Under the pieces are notes generated by a model, which made no database searches, was not told where the DNA came from, and saw only the letters and a program-made list of their open reading frames with translations. From Squalus acanthias (taxonomy: Eukaryota), in the NCBI GenBank assembly GCA_030390025.1, contig CM059432.1, forward strand, positions 55,368,001 to 55,432,000: a stretch of DNA of 64,000 nucleotides. The letters are read 5' to 3'. Both the position numbers and the translations under genes were made by a program. Shown one piece after another: positions 1-12,842 of this stretch (within the stretch, counting starts at the first letter, position 1; every line of letters begins with the position of its first letter).

Positions 1-1475
1 CAACGGTGTGTTCATCCCTACTCCTTCTTCTCACATCCCACTTCCCCCTCACCCCACAAGCATTTTGACCTTTCCAGTTAATCATGCTGTATGCATGCAT
101 TTCTCCCTTCCTGCCCCCTCCCCTCACCTTAACCCGACTTTTGTGCCTTTATGCTTTCAGATAATCAGCAAGCACCTGAGCAGCCTGTCCCTGAGGGCAC
201 GGTAGAGAGCGAGGCGGGAGAAGAGGAGGAGGAAGAACACACTGCGTCACTGCATGTCTCACCCACAGACGCCAGCTCAGATACTGGCACTACGCATTCT
301 TTAGAGGCTAGTATAGTAGCGAGATCTGCACAGGGTGAGGCACTGGGGATGAGTGAGATGCAGCAAGGCCACGGGGAAAGGGTAGCTCGAGGGCCAGCTC
401 CCCAGAGGGCAAGTTCGCGCGCAAGTTCTGCTGCACAGGACTCAGATGAGGACCTCGATGGGGAGGCGTTTAGAAGAAGGGTGATGGGCATGCACACGGA
501 GATGATAGGTGCAATGGCAACGGTGCCCGAGAGCCTCTCAACAATGATAAGGAGTGTGGAGGAGTCCGCCTCCAGCATTGCACACCATGGAGCCCATCAT
601 TTCCCATCTGCAAAGGATGGTAGACTCCCAGAGAGACCGTGGCGACCCAGGCCTGATGCCGCGTGTGATGGGTGATCTGGCAGTTTCCACTGCAGCACAG
701 GCGGAAGCGACCCAACATTTTAGTGCTGTAATGCATTCTATGCTTGCTGGCATCCAATCTCAGACTGCTCTCATGCAGTCTCAGCTTGATGCCACGCAAG
801 CTCTGACTGCTGCCATCATGGCTGGGTCTACCACCGTCGACAGTGGCTTTCACGATGTCACAGCAGGTCAACAGATTGCTCGGTATGTTGAGGTGCTGCC
901 CCGGGAAAGTGGCAGTGGGTCAATGGACAATGAACCTGCTGTCCTCTCTCAGGCTGACAGCATTCCTGATCCCACCGCTGCCACTCCGCCATTGCCCTTG
1001 TCGCTGCCTGTCATCCAGCCAGCCCAGACTGCTGCCGCCCATGCTGAGGTGGTGCAGTTTACAGCCGGGCCTTCCAGGCCCGGAGCTGGTTGAGGGCGTC
1101 CTGCAAGGCCGTCTGCAGTCTCCCGCACAGACACTCAGCAGCCTTCCACCAGCCGTGCTGCAGCCACTGGGCCAATACTTCATAGGAGCACTAGAGTAGG
1201 CAAAGGAACAGTAACGACAGGCACTAAGGGATTGCACAAGGGTGAATAGTTAATATTTTTGTTGTAAATATGTGTTTCGATTCTTCGTGGTGTGTCTCAT
1301 TTCAGCCTTGTGCTGTGATATGGCCTGCAACAGGGATGGAATGATGGAGATGTGGTGAGCAACGGGGATCTGGGGTTTAATTCATTGGAACCGCAGTCTG
1401 ATGAGGCGGTCACGGATCACCCTTCTGGAAGGCCCATTGAGTGGCTGCCTCCTCCCTCGCTCCTGTTCCTCACAC
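1..1475 (+). mobile_element. Partial Harbinger transposon: 3' part of the Myb/SANT-like gene (160 to ~1250, frameshifted) plus the 3' tip of the convergent transposase
   Basis: Colinear similarity to 18820-19270 and 23250-24175 (QDSDEDLDGEAFRRRVMGMHTE; GSGSMDNEPAVLSQADSIP); similarity stops at ~1475. Confidence 0.8.
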
Positions 1476-2924
1476 GTAGCAAAAAGATTTGTCTCCAACG
1501 GCAGTACAGTACTTGCAATCGAAGTTCTGATTTCAATATAGATGCCAAGTTAAAGATACATTTCTGGCTCCACACTTTACCAATACCAATTCCTAACATT
1601 AATGAATTAATTTGGCAATTTCATCCTTACAACAGAAATATGCTTGAAGTGAAATGTTTCCATTCACAGAAGCTGCTATTCGTTGTTTTGGAGAGATTAT
1701 ATCACCAGGTGATGCAGAGCTGCTTCCATGCTGGCTAAAACTACCTGGAAAACTTGTTGTGTGTGCTTAAAGTTCATTTATTTTTCAAGTTGGAAAGTTC
1801 AGATTGCCCATTAACTCATAGAAAATGCTTCTGTTTAATTTAGCCTTGGGTAAAAATAACTTTTAATGAATTTTCATGACTAATTAAGGGCTTATGTATT
1901 AATTTTTGTGGTTCACCTTTGTATGTTAGCCAATTGTGGCAGAATTCATGTTGTGACCAATGCCAATCGAACATTGAAGCAGTTCCCATATTTTTGCTGC
2001 TATCATCATCTCCAAAACAGCAGCATGTCTCCTGGTATTCCCACAGAAATGCAAGGCCTTGAAATTAGGTATGCAAATAACAGGGTATGAACACTTGGTG
2101 CATTTGTTTGCAATTCCTTTGTAATTTTAACAGTGATATTACCCTGTTTAACTTAAGCATTACAACACATAGCATACAATGAGGGTGTGGGGCAGTACAG
2201 GAACAAAATGGAAACTGAGCATCCTCCAACTCAGAAACCCCAAATGGGGGAAAGTAAACCTGCACCTCATTCAAATAGAAAACAATCAACCAAAAACAGC
2301 ATATGAACCTGTCTCTCAGGACTATCTCAAATTACACCATTAAACATCAAAGGACTCAAATAACTCAATCAACAGAAAAGAATTATGAAATACAAAGTAG
2401 CAAGAAGAAATATTAATTTCATTTGCAGCGTTCTGATATCAAGGTTATTTTACAGCCAATTATAGGGGAGGAAAAAATCTTGTGACTATCATAATGGAAT
2501 AACCAACAGAAAAATAAGCAGTGGAATCGCCTAAATTGGAGTGAATCGGAAAAGATATAAAATATGTTCCTATTATTCAGAACTTCACATCATTGTTTTT
2601 CCCATCCTATGCAGTATCCCTGACTAAGTAGACAGGTATATAGGCCAACTGCTCCCAGGCCTTTGGCTATGGTGCAGTATCAGCAGCACTATGAAGTGTG
2701 CATGAGTGTCTGTATCTGGATGGTGGAGGTGAGGGGGTAAGGGGATAGAAATTCTCCCTCACTCCCTACAGGCAAATACTTGGAATGACATGGCTTCGAT
2801 TGGTAGCATACTGAGTGTAGAAATCACAAACTTAAACCTGCCCTGTCATGATGGTACAGAGCACCTGGGGTGTTTTTGACACTGTGTGCCAATCTTAAGT
2901 GCATTTGTGTCTTATTAGGTAACC

Positions 2925-3383
2925 ATAAACATAATAGAAACATAGAAAAATAGGAGCAGGAGTAGGCCATTCGGCCCTTCGAGCCTGCTCCGCCACTCAA
3001 TATGATCATGGCTGATCCTCAATCTCAGTACCATATTCCCGCTCTCTCCCCATACCCCTTGATGCCTTTTGTGTCTAGAAATCTATCTATCTCCTTCTTA
3101 AATATATTCAGTGATTAGGCCTCCACAGCGTTCTGTGGTAGAGAATTCCACAGGTTCACCACCCTCTGAGTGAAGAAATTTCTCCTCATCTCAGTCCTAA
3201 ATGGCCTACCCCGTATCTTGAGACTGTGTCCCCTCGTTCTAGAGCCCCCAGCCAGGGGAAACATCCTCCCTGCATCCAGTCTGTCTAGCCCTGTCAGAAT
3301 TTTATACGTTTCAATGAGAGCCCCTCTCATTCTTCTAAACTCTAGTGAATACAGGCCTAGTCGACCCAATCTCTCCTCATAAC
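2925..3383 (-). mobile_element. CR1 LINE 3' fragment
   Basis: YEERLGRLGLYSLEFRRMRG...RTRGHSLKI; same 3'UTR and tail as the other CR1 copies here. Confidence 0.93.
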
Positions 3384-3569
3384 ATATTGTAGTCTTCACA
3401 GACATTTTGTGTAGCTATAAAACCTCTGCTTCCCTCTCGCCCACATACAAACACATGCTTCACAAAATAAAAGTTGTCTGGGACATTATTTTGCTCAAAT
3501 TAGCTTTTTGCGCAAATAATTGATATTTTTTTCCAAGAACAGAAGCTGAGTCCTCTGATAGCAGACTAT

Positions 3570-3723
3570 GGGGTGATTTCATGATCCTACGCCAGTGGAG
3601 CAGTCACACGTACAGGGAAGGCAGGTTGGAGAGAGGACTACAACATTAGAGCCCAGATTCACCAACTGGTGATCCTTACAAGCACTGCTCTCTGCTGGGG
3701 GGACAGGAATATGGAATCACCCC
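3570..3723. mobile_element. Short MITE with Harbinger-like ends
   Basis: TIR GGGGTGATTTCAT / ATGGAATCACCCC (12 of 13 match). Confidence 0.6.
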
Positions 3724-4598
3724 TTATGTTTGCAGCCAACCAATCTAATAGTAATCACTCATAGTTCATATTCATGTGTTTGGCTTCATGTAGCTCTGTT
3801 ATTTGCATTTTACTCATGTTCAACGTTCAGCAATTGGCCTCTTTTAGTTACAATTTATCAGCAATAATGTTCCATTTTCTTCTATTCTGATAGATTTTAC
3901 CAGTGCCTTAAGTGTGAAACATTTAACCCTAGTAATCACTTGCCTGCTCATCTTCCTCTATTATTATGAATTGGTATCACTCCAGTATAATCAGAATCAT
4001 TTCAGCAAGTTAGCACAGTGCACTAGAACCTCAACATGTTATGTTATGGAATGGTAGGTTGCAGGTTTGCATCCACAATCATCTATGCACTGAATTCTAG
4101 ATTTCAGCCATACCACCTCAGGGAGATGTTGAACAGTGAGCAATTGCTTCTTCACAACGAAGGATCAGAAATTGGACTGCAGTTTAAAACTAGACAGGTG
4201 CCAACCTTATACGTGGCAAATTCCTGACCTTAGTCAATAAAGACAGGGGGGGTTGGGGAAATCACTGGGTGAGACACTAATGGTTGTATGCCTTCTAGTG
4301 GCTTGATCAAGACTGACACTTGCTGAGATCTCAAAGCATTTTTTCTGCCCGCCTTCTCAGCTGGGAAATGGTGCAAGGGACAGAGAAAGTGAAGCAAACC
4401 CAGCTTGCCTTTGTCAGTCATCACAGCTTAGAATTAGGAACTAAGAGTGAAGAGAATCATAACTCAGTCACACAACTACTTTATGGTTTTGTGGTGGCAA
4501 CGGGAGTCTAAATAAGTAAGTCTTCCGTGTAACTGTCCTATTCAGAAAAGCATACATTTTATCTAATTCTGCAATACTTTTAACATCATTGAACTAAC

Positions 4599-4763
4599 GG
4601 GGTCATTTTTTGACTTGGCAGGAGTCTTGCTCAGCAAGAACGCATATTGAAAATCCAGTGTGTGCTATACACAGACATTTAAAATCATGGTTGGAAAATC
4701 GTGTGCAGCACTATCAGTGAGCAAGGCTCCCAACCAGGAGCACAAAATTGGAAAGTGACCTCC
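4599..4763. mobile_element. Possible degenerate MITE
   Basis: Imperfect inverted ends GGGGTCATTTTT / GAAAGTGACCTCC. Confidence 0.35.
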
Positions 4764-5054
4764 TTATGTTAACATATATTTGGCATACATTATTACACTT
4801 TTCCACATTACTAGATAATGAAAATTCATGCTCCTATCTCTCCCTCCCTAGCCATTTTTCATGACTACATCATTTGTATTATGCTGCTAAGAATGCAATG
4901 AAACTTTATTAATACAGACCCATAGTGCTAGCATCAGGATCTTTTTTTTTAAGCGATTCACCTGCCATAAACACTGGGCTGTTCTGTTTGGTGTTTGCTA
5001 GTTTATTGGGTTTTTCAGAGTTTTCCACAGTCAGCTCCAAATAACATGATTACT

Positions 5055-7335
5055 TACATAAGAACATAAGAAATAGGAGCAGGAGTAGGCCATTTGGCCC
5101 TTCGAGCCTGCTCCGCCATTCAATAAGATCATGGCTGATCTTCGACCTCAACTCCACTTTCCTGCACTATCCCCTATCCCTTGATTCCCTTAATATTCAA
5201 AAATCTATTGATCTCTGTCTTGAATATACTCACAACTGAGCCTCCACAGCCCTCTGGGGTAGAGAATTCCAAAGATTCACCACCCCCTGAGTGAAGAAAT
5301 TTCTCCTCATCTCAGTCCTAAATGGCCGACCCCTTATTCTGAGACTGTGACCCCTGGTTCTAGACTCCCCAGCCAGGGGAAACATCCTCCCTGCATCTAC
5401 CCTGTCATGCCCTGTAAGAATTTTGTATGTTTCAATGAGATCACCTCTCATTCTTCTAAACTCTAGAGAATGTAGGCCTAGTCTACTCAATCTCTCCTCA
5501 TAGGACAATCCCCCCATCCCAGGGACCAGTCTGGTGAACCTTCGTTGCACTCCTTCTATGGCAAGTATATCCTTCCTTAGGTAAGGAGACCAAAACTGTA
5601 CACAGTACTGCAGCTGTGGTCTCACCAGGGCCCTATATAATTGCAGTAAGATGTCTTTACTTTTGTACTCAAATCCTCTTGTAATAAAGGCCAACATACC
5701 ATTTGCTTTCCTAATTGCTTGCTGTACCTGCATGTTAATTTTCAGTGATTCATGTACAAGGACACCCAGGTCCCTCTGAACAACATTTACAAAATACTCT
5801 ACTTTTCTATTTTTCCTACCAAAGTGGATAACTTCACATTTCTCCACATTATATTCCATTTGCCATGATCTTGCCCACTCACTTAGCCTGTCAATATCTC
5901 TTTGAAGCCTCCTTGCATCCTCCTCACAACTTACATTTCCACCCAGCTTTGTATCATTAGCAAACTTGGATATATTGGGCCAGAAATTCGGCTCTTGTCG
6001 GGTGAGTACGCGCTGTGTACTCACCCGTAAGGCCACCTGAAGTGCCGGTTTCCTGCATGCACTGCGTGTGCGCGGGAAACCGGAACTTCCGTTCCCCTGA
6101 AGGAAGGGGTTCAGAAGTCGAACACGTGCGCGGGAGAGGCTGCGCGCACGCAGCGAACTTCGTTTTTTTTTCAGGTTTCTCCAGGAGGGTAAGTATGGAG
6201 AAGCTGCACTTTTAAAAAGGAGGCGCAAGGCCTGTTTTTAACAAGGTAAGTGGTTAATTAATTACAATTTAAACATTTTTTCAACAAGTTTATCTTTTTT
6301 AGATACTTTAAAGAAAGGTAAGTTTATTTTTAGCACCGTTAAAAAGTATAATTAATTTTTTCAAAAATTTAAATTTTTGTTTAAAGTAGTTAATTTATGT
6401 AACTTATAGTTATTTTAAAAATGTGATGTTTTTTTTAAATTTATTTGAAGTTTAAGTGTGGTTATGGGTCCTTAATAATAGATTCTAGCATTTTCCCTAC
6501 TACTGATGTCAGGCTAACTGTTCTGTACTTCCCCATTTTCTCTCTCCCTCCTTTCTTAAATAGTGGGGTTACATTTGCTACCTTCCAATACTTGGGAACT
6601 GTTCTAGAATTCATGGAATTTTGGAAAATGACAACCAATGCATCCATTATCTCTATAGCCACCTCTTTCAAAACCCTAGGATGTAGGCTTTCAGTCCCAT
6701 TAATTTCCCCAGTACTATTTTTTACTAATACTAATTTCTTTCAGTTCCTCATTCTCACTAGAGCCTTGGTTCTCCACTATTTCCGGGAAGTTTTTTGCGT
6801 CCTCTTCCATGAAGGCAGACACAAGGTATTTGTTTAATTTCCCTGCCATTTCCTTATTCCCCATTATAATTTCTCCTGTCTCAGCCTGTAAGGGACTCAC
6901 ATTTATTTTCACTAATCTTTTCCTTTTTACATAGCTATAGAAGCTTTTATAGTCTGTTTTTATGTCTCTCGCTAGTTTACTCTCATTCTATTTTCTCTTT
7001 CTTTATCAGTTTCTTGGTCCTCCTTTGCTGAATTCTAAAATCCTCCCCATCCTCAGGTTACTACTCTTTTTGGCAACATTATAAGCCTATTCCTTTGATC
7101 TAATACTATCTTTAACTTCTCTTGTTAGCCACGGTTGAACCACTTTTCCTGTGGGGTTTTTGTGCCTTAAAGGAATGCATATTTGTTGTAAATTACATAT
7201 TAATTCTTTAAATGCTAGCCATTGCTTGTCTACCATCATACCTTTTAATGTAGTTTTCCAATCTACCGTAGCCAACTCGCCCCTCATACCTACGTAGTTT
7301 GCTTTGTTTAGATTTAAGACCCTAGTTTCAGATTT
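5055..7335 (-). mobile_element. CR1 LINE ORF2 remnant, interrupted at 5977 and internally deleted
   Basis: ISKFANDTKLGG, QRDLGVLVH, VANVTPLFKKG, YRTVSLTSVV; CR1 3' tail at ~5055. Confidence 0.93.
5977..6460. mobile_element. Harbinger-type non-autonomous element (left part only) inserted in the CR1
   Basis: Starts ATT|GGGCCAGAAATTCGG, the same terminal motif as the 17881 element; GC-rich subterminal region then AT-rich body; right end not found. Confidence 0.65.
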
Positions 7336-7814
7336 GACTTCTTCTGCAGATAGGGAAACAGATCATTCCAAGTTAGCAACTTATGCCTAGCCAGAAGGAC
7401 TTTTAGGAATGGGGAAGAATCATTAGGCTCAACAAGTCTGTCCTTTCTTTGCAGATCTTAAACCTACCTACTGACCTTTTCCCCATAATTTGCAATTCTT
7501 TCACGCTCCAAACACACCTGGTTACCATGCTGAGTGTTGCTCTCAGAATAGCCAACAGGATGTGCACTAGTGTTCGATCTACCCCTTTATAAATGATCAG
7601 TGTCCAAGCTGGTACAGTATCACAAGGATCCAAGATGCCCAAATAAGATTTGTATAGTTTTGATGTTCTGCCATTAAATGTGACAAATATATTTAGTAAA
7701 TGCGGTCAGTGATGTTATCATATGAACGTTTAATATGCTCATGCCAAATTTATCTAACTGCTATTTTAACTGAGGCATTAACCCCATGGAGTTAGAAGTT
7801 CTAGCCCATTCTAG

Positions 7815-7940
7815 AGCACATAATTAAGGCTGACACTTCAGTGCTGTACTGAAGAAATGCTGCATTATCTGCCTGTTCAGGTGGATGTAAAAGATCTCAT
7901 GGCACTTCTTGGTGCCTGGCCAATATTCATTCCTCAGTCA
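7815..7940 (+). mobile_element. Degenerate DeuSINE fragment
   Basis: ggctgacacttcagtgctgtactga...caggtggatgtaaaagatctcatggcac...ctggccaatatt resembles the SINE at 53313-53782. Confidence 0.6.
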
Positions 7941-8723
7941 TGTTACATTCCATTGGACGGTTTAATTTATTGTCAGCAGTAAATTATCATGTGAAAAAAG
8001 CAGACAATGATATCGTAATTGGGGGTGGGTCATTAACCTGACCTTGGTGGTAAGATGGTAACAGTGCAAAATTACTATGCATCTACCACACAAACAGCCA
8101 CCGATCAACACAAAATATCTTTTTGGCTTTATTTTTGTAAGGTCTTTTGATGGGCCACTCCTGTTCACAAGATAATTACGGATGATTCCAGGGTTTTCAC
8201 CATCACTACTCCCTATCCATTCTGTGTATTGATCACTCTGTGTGTGAAAAAGAACCTCTTGATATAGTCCTAAATTTGTTAATTAGCAGTTGAACCTATG
8301 TTTCCTGGTCTTACTCTCGCCATTTAGTTCAAAATAAGTTTCCAAATTTACCTTTTCCATACCATTTAGTTCATATATATATATACCTCAACAACATCAC
8401 TTCTCAGACCCTCCCTTCAAGGCTGAAAAACCCAAATTGCTCTAGTTTTTCCTCATAACTCGGATCTCTAACACAAGGGAATCAGCCTTGTAATTCTTCT
8501 CTGCACTGCCTCCAGTGCTTATTGACGGTCTAGTTCACTAAGACTCCAAGCTTTCTGACCCTTCTAGTTTATATCATCTTCAAATTTAACCAACTTACAT
8601 TGTATTTCGGAATCCAAGTCATTGATTTAAATTAAAGCAGTAGTGGTTCCTACACTGAGCCTGGAAGTATCCCACTCAATACTTTCCCCCACCCCAATAT
8701 AACTCCTCTAATAAATACCCATT

Positions 8724-9504
8724 GGCCCAGAATTTGCAGTTGGAATGACAGCGAAACTGTCAGCATCAACGTAATTACTATGTAAAACTGACAGCAACTT
8801 CTGCCATCCGCACATGAGCAGTTAAACGTGGAAATTTGGAAGTTGCTATCAGTGATACTTTGCTCCTCCACAGGGTGCGCTGTTGCAGTCTTTGCAGCTG
8901 CAATCAACACAGAATCAGTGACTTGACGTGATCTTCAACTTTTTATGCACTATTCTTGCTGTAAAAACCATTGAAAATGTTAAGTCTTCTTGAATGAGGT
9001 GCAACTGAGTTTTTAACGGCATACTAAGTCACAATTACTGCTGAACAACCTCTCTGCCCTTGAAAAACTAATTTTACATATGTGGAGTGTCATTTCCTTA
9101 GAATAACATTTTAAAATTCCATGATCTTTAAAATAATAAAAAATAATTTTTTTTTTTTTTTTTAATGTTTGTTTATGATATTTCAGTTTCTACTTTAATC
9201 CCATGCATATGTCCCAATTTTTATTTTGCTTTCTGTAAAATTATTAAAAAGTAAATTATAATCTGCACTTTTTATTTTCTGGTTTGCTGTCTGTGAGAAT
9301 TCTTAAATCTGATTGGTTGCTTAGCCTGCTTCATGATTTCACTGTTCCTGGATGCCACAGATCCCCTATAGATGGCATCAACTTGAAAGCCATGTCGAAA
9401 TAAGGGAAATCGATGCTCTAGAGCCCGCTTAATCTTTGTGGGCAACTTTCTTCAAGGTCAGCGGTGAGCGCTGTCCCTTCGCCGTTGACCGCAAAATCTG
9501 GACC
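8724..9504. mobile_element. Non-autonomous Harbinger-type element (MITE)
   Basis: TIR GGCCCAGAATTTGCAGT vs GGTCCAGATTTTGCGGT (reverse complement); 3-bp TSD ATT at 8721-8723 and 9505-9507; interrupts a CR1. Confidence 0.8.
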
Positions 9505-9932
9505 ATTATTTTTGACCCTTCAGACAATTTCTTGTCTGTTACTCCGAAGTCCCACAGCTTTGAACTTAACTAATAGCCTTTTGTGTGGAATTTTGCAAAT
9601 GACTTTTGGAAGTCTAGCTACAACACGTCTTAGGGCTTTCCACAGTTTACTTGGTTTTCACTTCCTCAAAGAAATCCAGAAATTTGGCCATCCATGATCT
9701 TCCTCTTCTGAATCCATGTTGACTGCTCTTTACCAGGTTTTTACTGTACAGATAATCCTCAAATTTACTCCTGATAATCGAATTCACTATTTTACATAGA
9801 AAAGAAGTAAGACTAATGGGTCTGTAGTTGCCTGTGTTTTGTTTTGTCATCCTTTTGAATATGGGTATCACATTAACCTGTTTCCAATCTACTGATACCT
9901 CCTCACAGCCCAGTGACTGCCTCATTATAAGT

Positions 9933-10089
9933 TTATGAATTCTGGGAGATTCTCTCACAGCTACCCTACCTGAAGAAGGAGCGAACAGCTCCGAAAGCTT
10001 GTAAAATTAAATAAATCTGTTGGACTATAACCTGGTGTTGTGCGACTTCTCATTTTTGTCCACCCCAGTCCAACGCCGGCATCTCCACA
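9933..10089 (+). mobile_element. Short Penelope-like (pseudo-LTR-derived) insertion
   Basis: 11-bp TSD TCATTATAAGT (9922-9932, 10090-10100); hammerhead motif followed by AATAAA, as in vertebrate Penelope 3' ends. Confidence 0.7.
9967..10003 (+). ncRNA. Minimal type-I hammerhead ribozyme motif
   Basis: UAC-CUGAAGA-A-GGAGC(GAACA)GCUCC-GAAAG-CUU-GUA: 3-bp stem I, intact core, 5-bp stem II, palindromic AAGCUU stem III. Confidence 0.6.
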
Positions 10090-10696
10090 TCATTATAAGT
10101 AGCAATACCTCACAAATCCCCTCCTTAATCAATTGTTCCAAATTATCTTGAGTTAATTAGGTAAATTTCCAGAGATATATCTGCATCTATCATGGTAGAT
10201 GGCATGGAAACAGATGGAGCAGGTAGAAAATAAAGGCTATATATTTTTTGAAATAATTCCACAAGTGTCCCTTATATTCGCTTGTCTGTTTTGCACCGAC
10301 AGGCTCTCCCTCTTAACTCTCTCATTGTCAGCCCCTCAATGACACAATCTCCTTCATCTCATTCTTAGTCCCTCACTGAGACATTCTCATTTTTCTCAGC
10401 TCCTCATTGGCTTTCTCCCACTTCTCTCTGGCCCCTTGGTGACCCTCTCCTTCAACTTTCAGCTCCCTAATGACATCCCATATGCATCACAGCCTTCATT
10501 ACAGCCCTTAATCCAGCAGCAAATTTTACTCATTTGGTCAGTAATACTCTTACAATTCTTACTTCCAAGTTTCAAGTGACATTATATGACATTAGTTAGT
10601 GGGCTATTTCTATAGTATACAATGTTGCAAGTAATATATATTGATTTGATTTTGTTTTATTGTAAATTTTATTACATGAGTGCTGAGAAAAATATT

Positions 10697-11232
10697 GGTG
10701 TGGAAATTTTAACTCCCAGGTAGGAAAGTGGTCTAGCAAGCATGATTTTAATGGTCGAGCAGGGAAGGAAGTCGGTAGGAAGCAGTGTAAAGTCAGGAAG
10801 CCAAGAGACTGCCCGCCGGACCTATGGTAAGTGTGGGAATGGGGGTTCTGGGGAAGCCAGGGGTTTGCGATGGAGGGCTCCAAAGCAGGGGAAGTCTACA
10901 CTTTCCTAAATTCCTGCTCCTCCAAAAAGTTTGGAACTTATCTGGAAAGGTCTCTTCGGTCATGAGACTTGGTTGTAACTGCCATTGGCAGCCGCTGAGG
11001 GCACCCGCTTTCTTCTGGGTTAAGATTGAGTTGGGGTTCTATTGACATAATAGGACCATGATTTACATAAATGTAAGAAGCTCCCGCTTGACTCAGGTGG
11101 GTGCCACATATGCCTGAAAAATCAGGCATTTTAAAATTGGAACAGAGCAGGAACGGAGTGAGTCTTTCATCCACTCCATTTTAATTGCCCTCTTGCCTGG
11201 TTTCCGTCAGGTAAGGGGAGTTAAAAGTGTGA
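10697..11232. mobile_element. Non-autonomous Harbinger-type element
   Basis: Inverted subterminal TTTTAACTCCC / GGGAGTTAAAA, similar to the left end of the 13431 element. Confidence 0.55.
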
Positions 11233-11769
11233 GAGAATATGAAAATAATTAAAACTTCAGAAGTTGTTCTTAATATAGAATAAAGGACCAGGATTAGTTT
11301 TTACCAATTTGGTATTTAGGTTTTGAAGATAAAATAAAGACTATCTGATTTGCTTTCTGACAAAACAGAATGCTCTGTTACTGTATATGCCTAGCTCACT
11401 GTGGCCCTCTGCTGGCAGAGACCAGAAAATATAGCTTTGTCATCCTGAATATTACTCCTGTGTAAAATTGGAAAGCCTGTAATGACACTGAATAGAACAG
11501 CAAAGGAATATCCACAAAGAGCATGACTGATCCCTAATTTCACTGTATCTGTTTGGATCATTACACCTTAACTTTGCTACAATGAATAGAGGACAGCAAA
11601 GGTTATTTTAGCAGTTGGATTCTTGCCTACAATCTCTGTTTTATCAAGGTCAGTCAGTCACTGCCTCTGACATGACGAACTGGGCAACTATCTCCTCCAT
11701 CTGGTTCACCTACTCACATGTATTTTGGTCATCTCCTGCGGCATTTTTTGTAAAGATGTAAATTCCTAT

Positions 11770-12842
11770 CAAAATGCATCACTTCACACTTTTATGTGTT
11801 AAATTTCATCTGCCATATGTCTGCCCATTTCACCAGTCTGTCTATGTCCTCCTGAAGTCTGTTACTATTCTCCTCACTGTTTACTACATTTCCAAGTTTC
11901 GTGTCATCTGCAAACTTGGAAGTTATGACCTGGATACCCAAATCCAGGTCATTAATATATATCAGAAGGTGCAGTTGTCCGAATACCGACCCCTGGGGTA
12001 CACCATTTCCCTTCAGTCTGAAAACAACAACAATTTGCATTTATATAGCGCCTTTAACATAGTAAAACGTCCCAAGGTGCTTCACAGGAGTGTCATCAAG
12101 CTACATTTGACACCAAGTCACATAAGGAAATATTAGCATGGATGACCAAAAGCATGGTCAAAGAGGTAGGATTTAAGGAGCACCTTAAAGGAGGAGAGAG
12201 GTAGAGAGGTGGTGAGGTTTAGGGAGAGAATTCCAGAGTTTACAGCCTAGGCAGCTGAAGGCACGCCGCTAATGGTGGAGCGATTAAAATTGGGGATGTG
12301 GAAGAGGCCAGAATTGGAGGAGCACAGAGTTCTCGGAGGGTTGTAGGGCTGGAGGAGGTTACAGAGATAGGGAGGGGCGAGACCATGTAAGGATTTGAAA
12401 ACAAGGATGAGAATTTTAAAACCGAGGTGTTGCCGTGCCAGGAACCAATGTAGGTCAGTGAGCACAGAGGTGATGGATGAGCAGGACTTAGTGCGAGTTA
12501 GGATATGGGCAGCAGAGATTTGGATAAGCTCAAGTTTATGTAGGGTGAAAGATGGAAGGCCGGCTAGGAGAGCGTTGGAATAGTCAAGTCTAGAGGTAAC
12601 AAAGGCATGGATGAGGGTTTCAGCAGCAGATGAGCTGAGGCAGAGCTGGAGTCGGGCGATCTTACAGAGGTGGAAGTAGGTGGTCTTGGTGATGAAAAAC
12701 AACCGTTCACCACCACTCTCTGCTTTCTGTCCCTTAGCCAATTTTGTATCCACACTGCCACTGCTCCTTTAATCTCGTGCGCTTCAATTTTGCTAGCAAG
12801 TCTATTATGTGGTACTTTGGTAAATGCCTTTTGAAAGTCCAA
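11770..12842 (-). mobile_element. CR1 RT fragment split by an L2 insertion
   Basis: GVPQGSVFG...INDLD...SKFADDTKL (11792-12020) continues as DFQKAFTKVPH (12692-12842). Confidence 0.88.
12027..12691 (-). mobile_element. L2-clade LINE 3' fragment
   Basis: YFHLCKIARL...AETLIHAFVTSRLDYSNALL; tail GGCGCTATATAAATGCAAATTGTTGTTG; flanked by a TGAAAA(A)CAAC duplication. Confidence 0.85.

Larger units (their letters stand above)
8165..10150 (-). mobile_element. Old CR1 LINE RT remnant hosting two nested insertions
   Basis: NYRPISLTSFLCKI, SQHGFRRGRS...LDFFEEV, GILPGSV motifs. Confidence 0.8.

Noticed and set aside
151..1237. Overlapping ORFs as host genes
   Set aside because: Frameshifted pieces and antisense shadows of a Harbinger Myb-gene C-terminus, paralogous to 18941-23910.
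5230..6228. 332-aa ORF as a novel RT fusion protein
   Set aside because: Chance read-through from a MITE end into a CR1 RT fragment; non-ATG start; catalytic FADD reads FAND.
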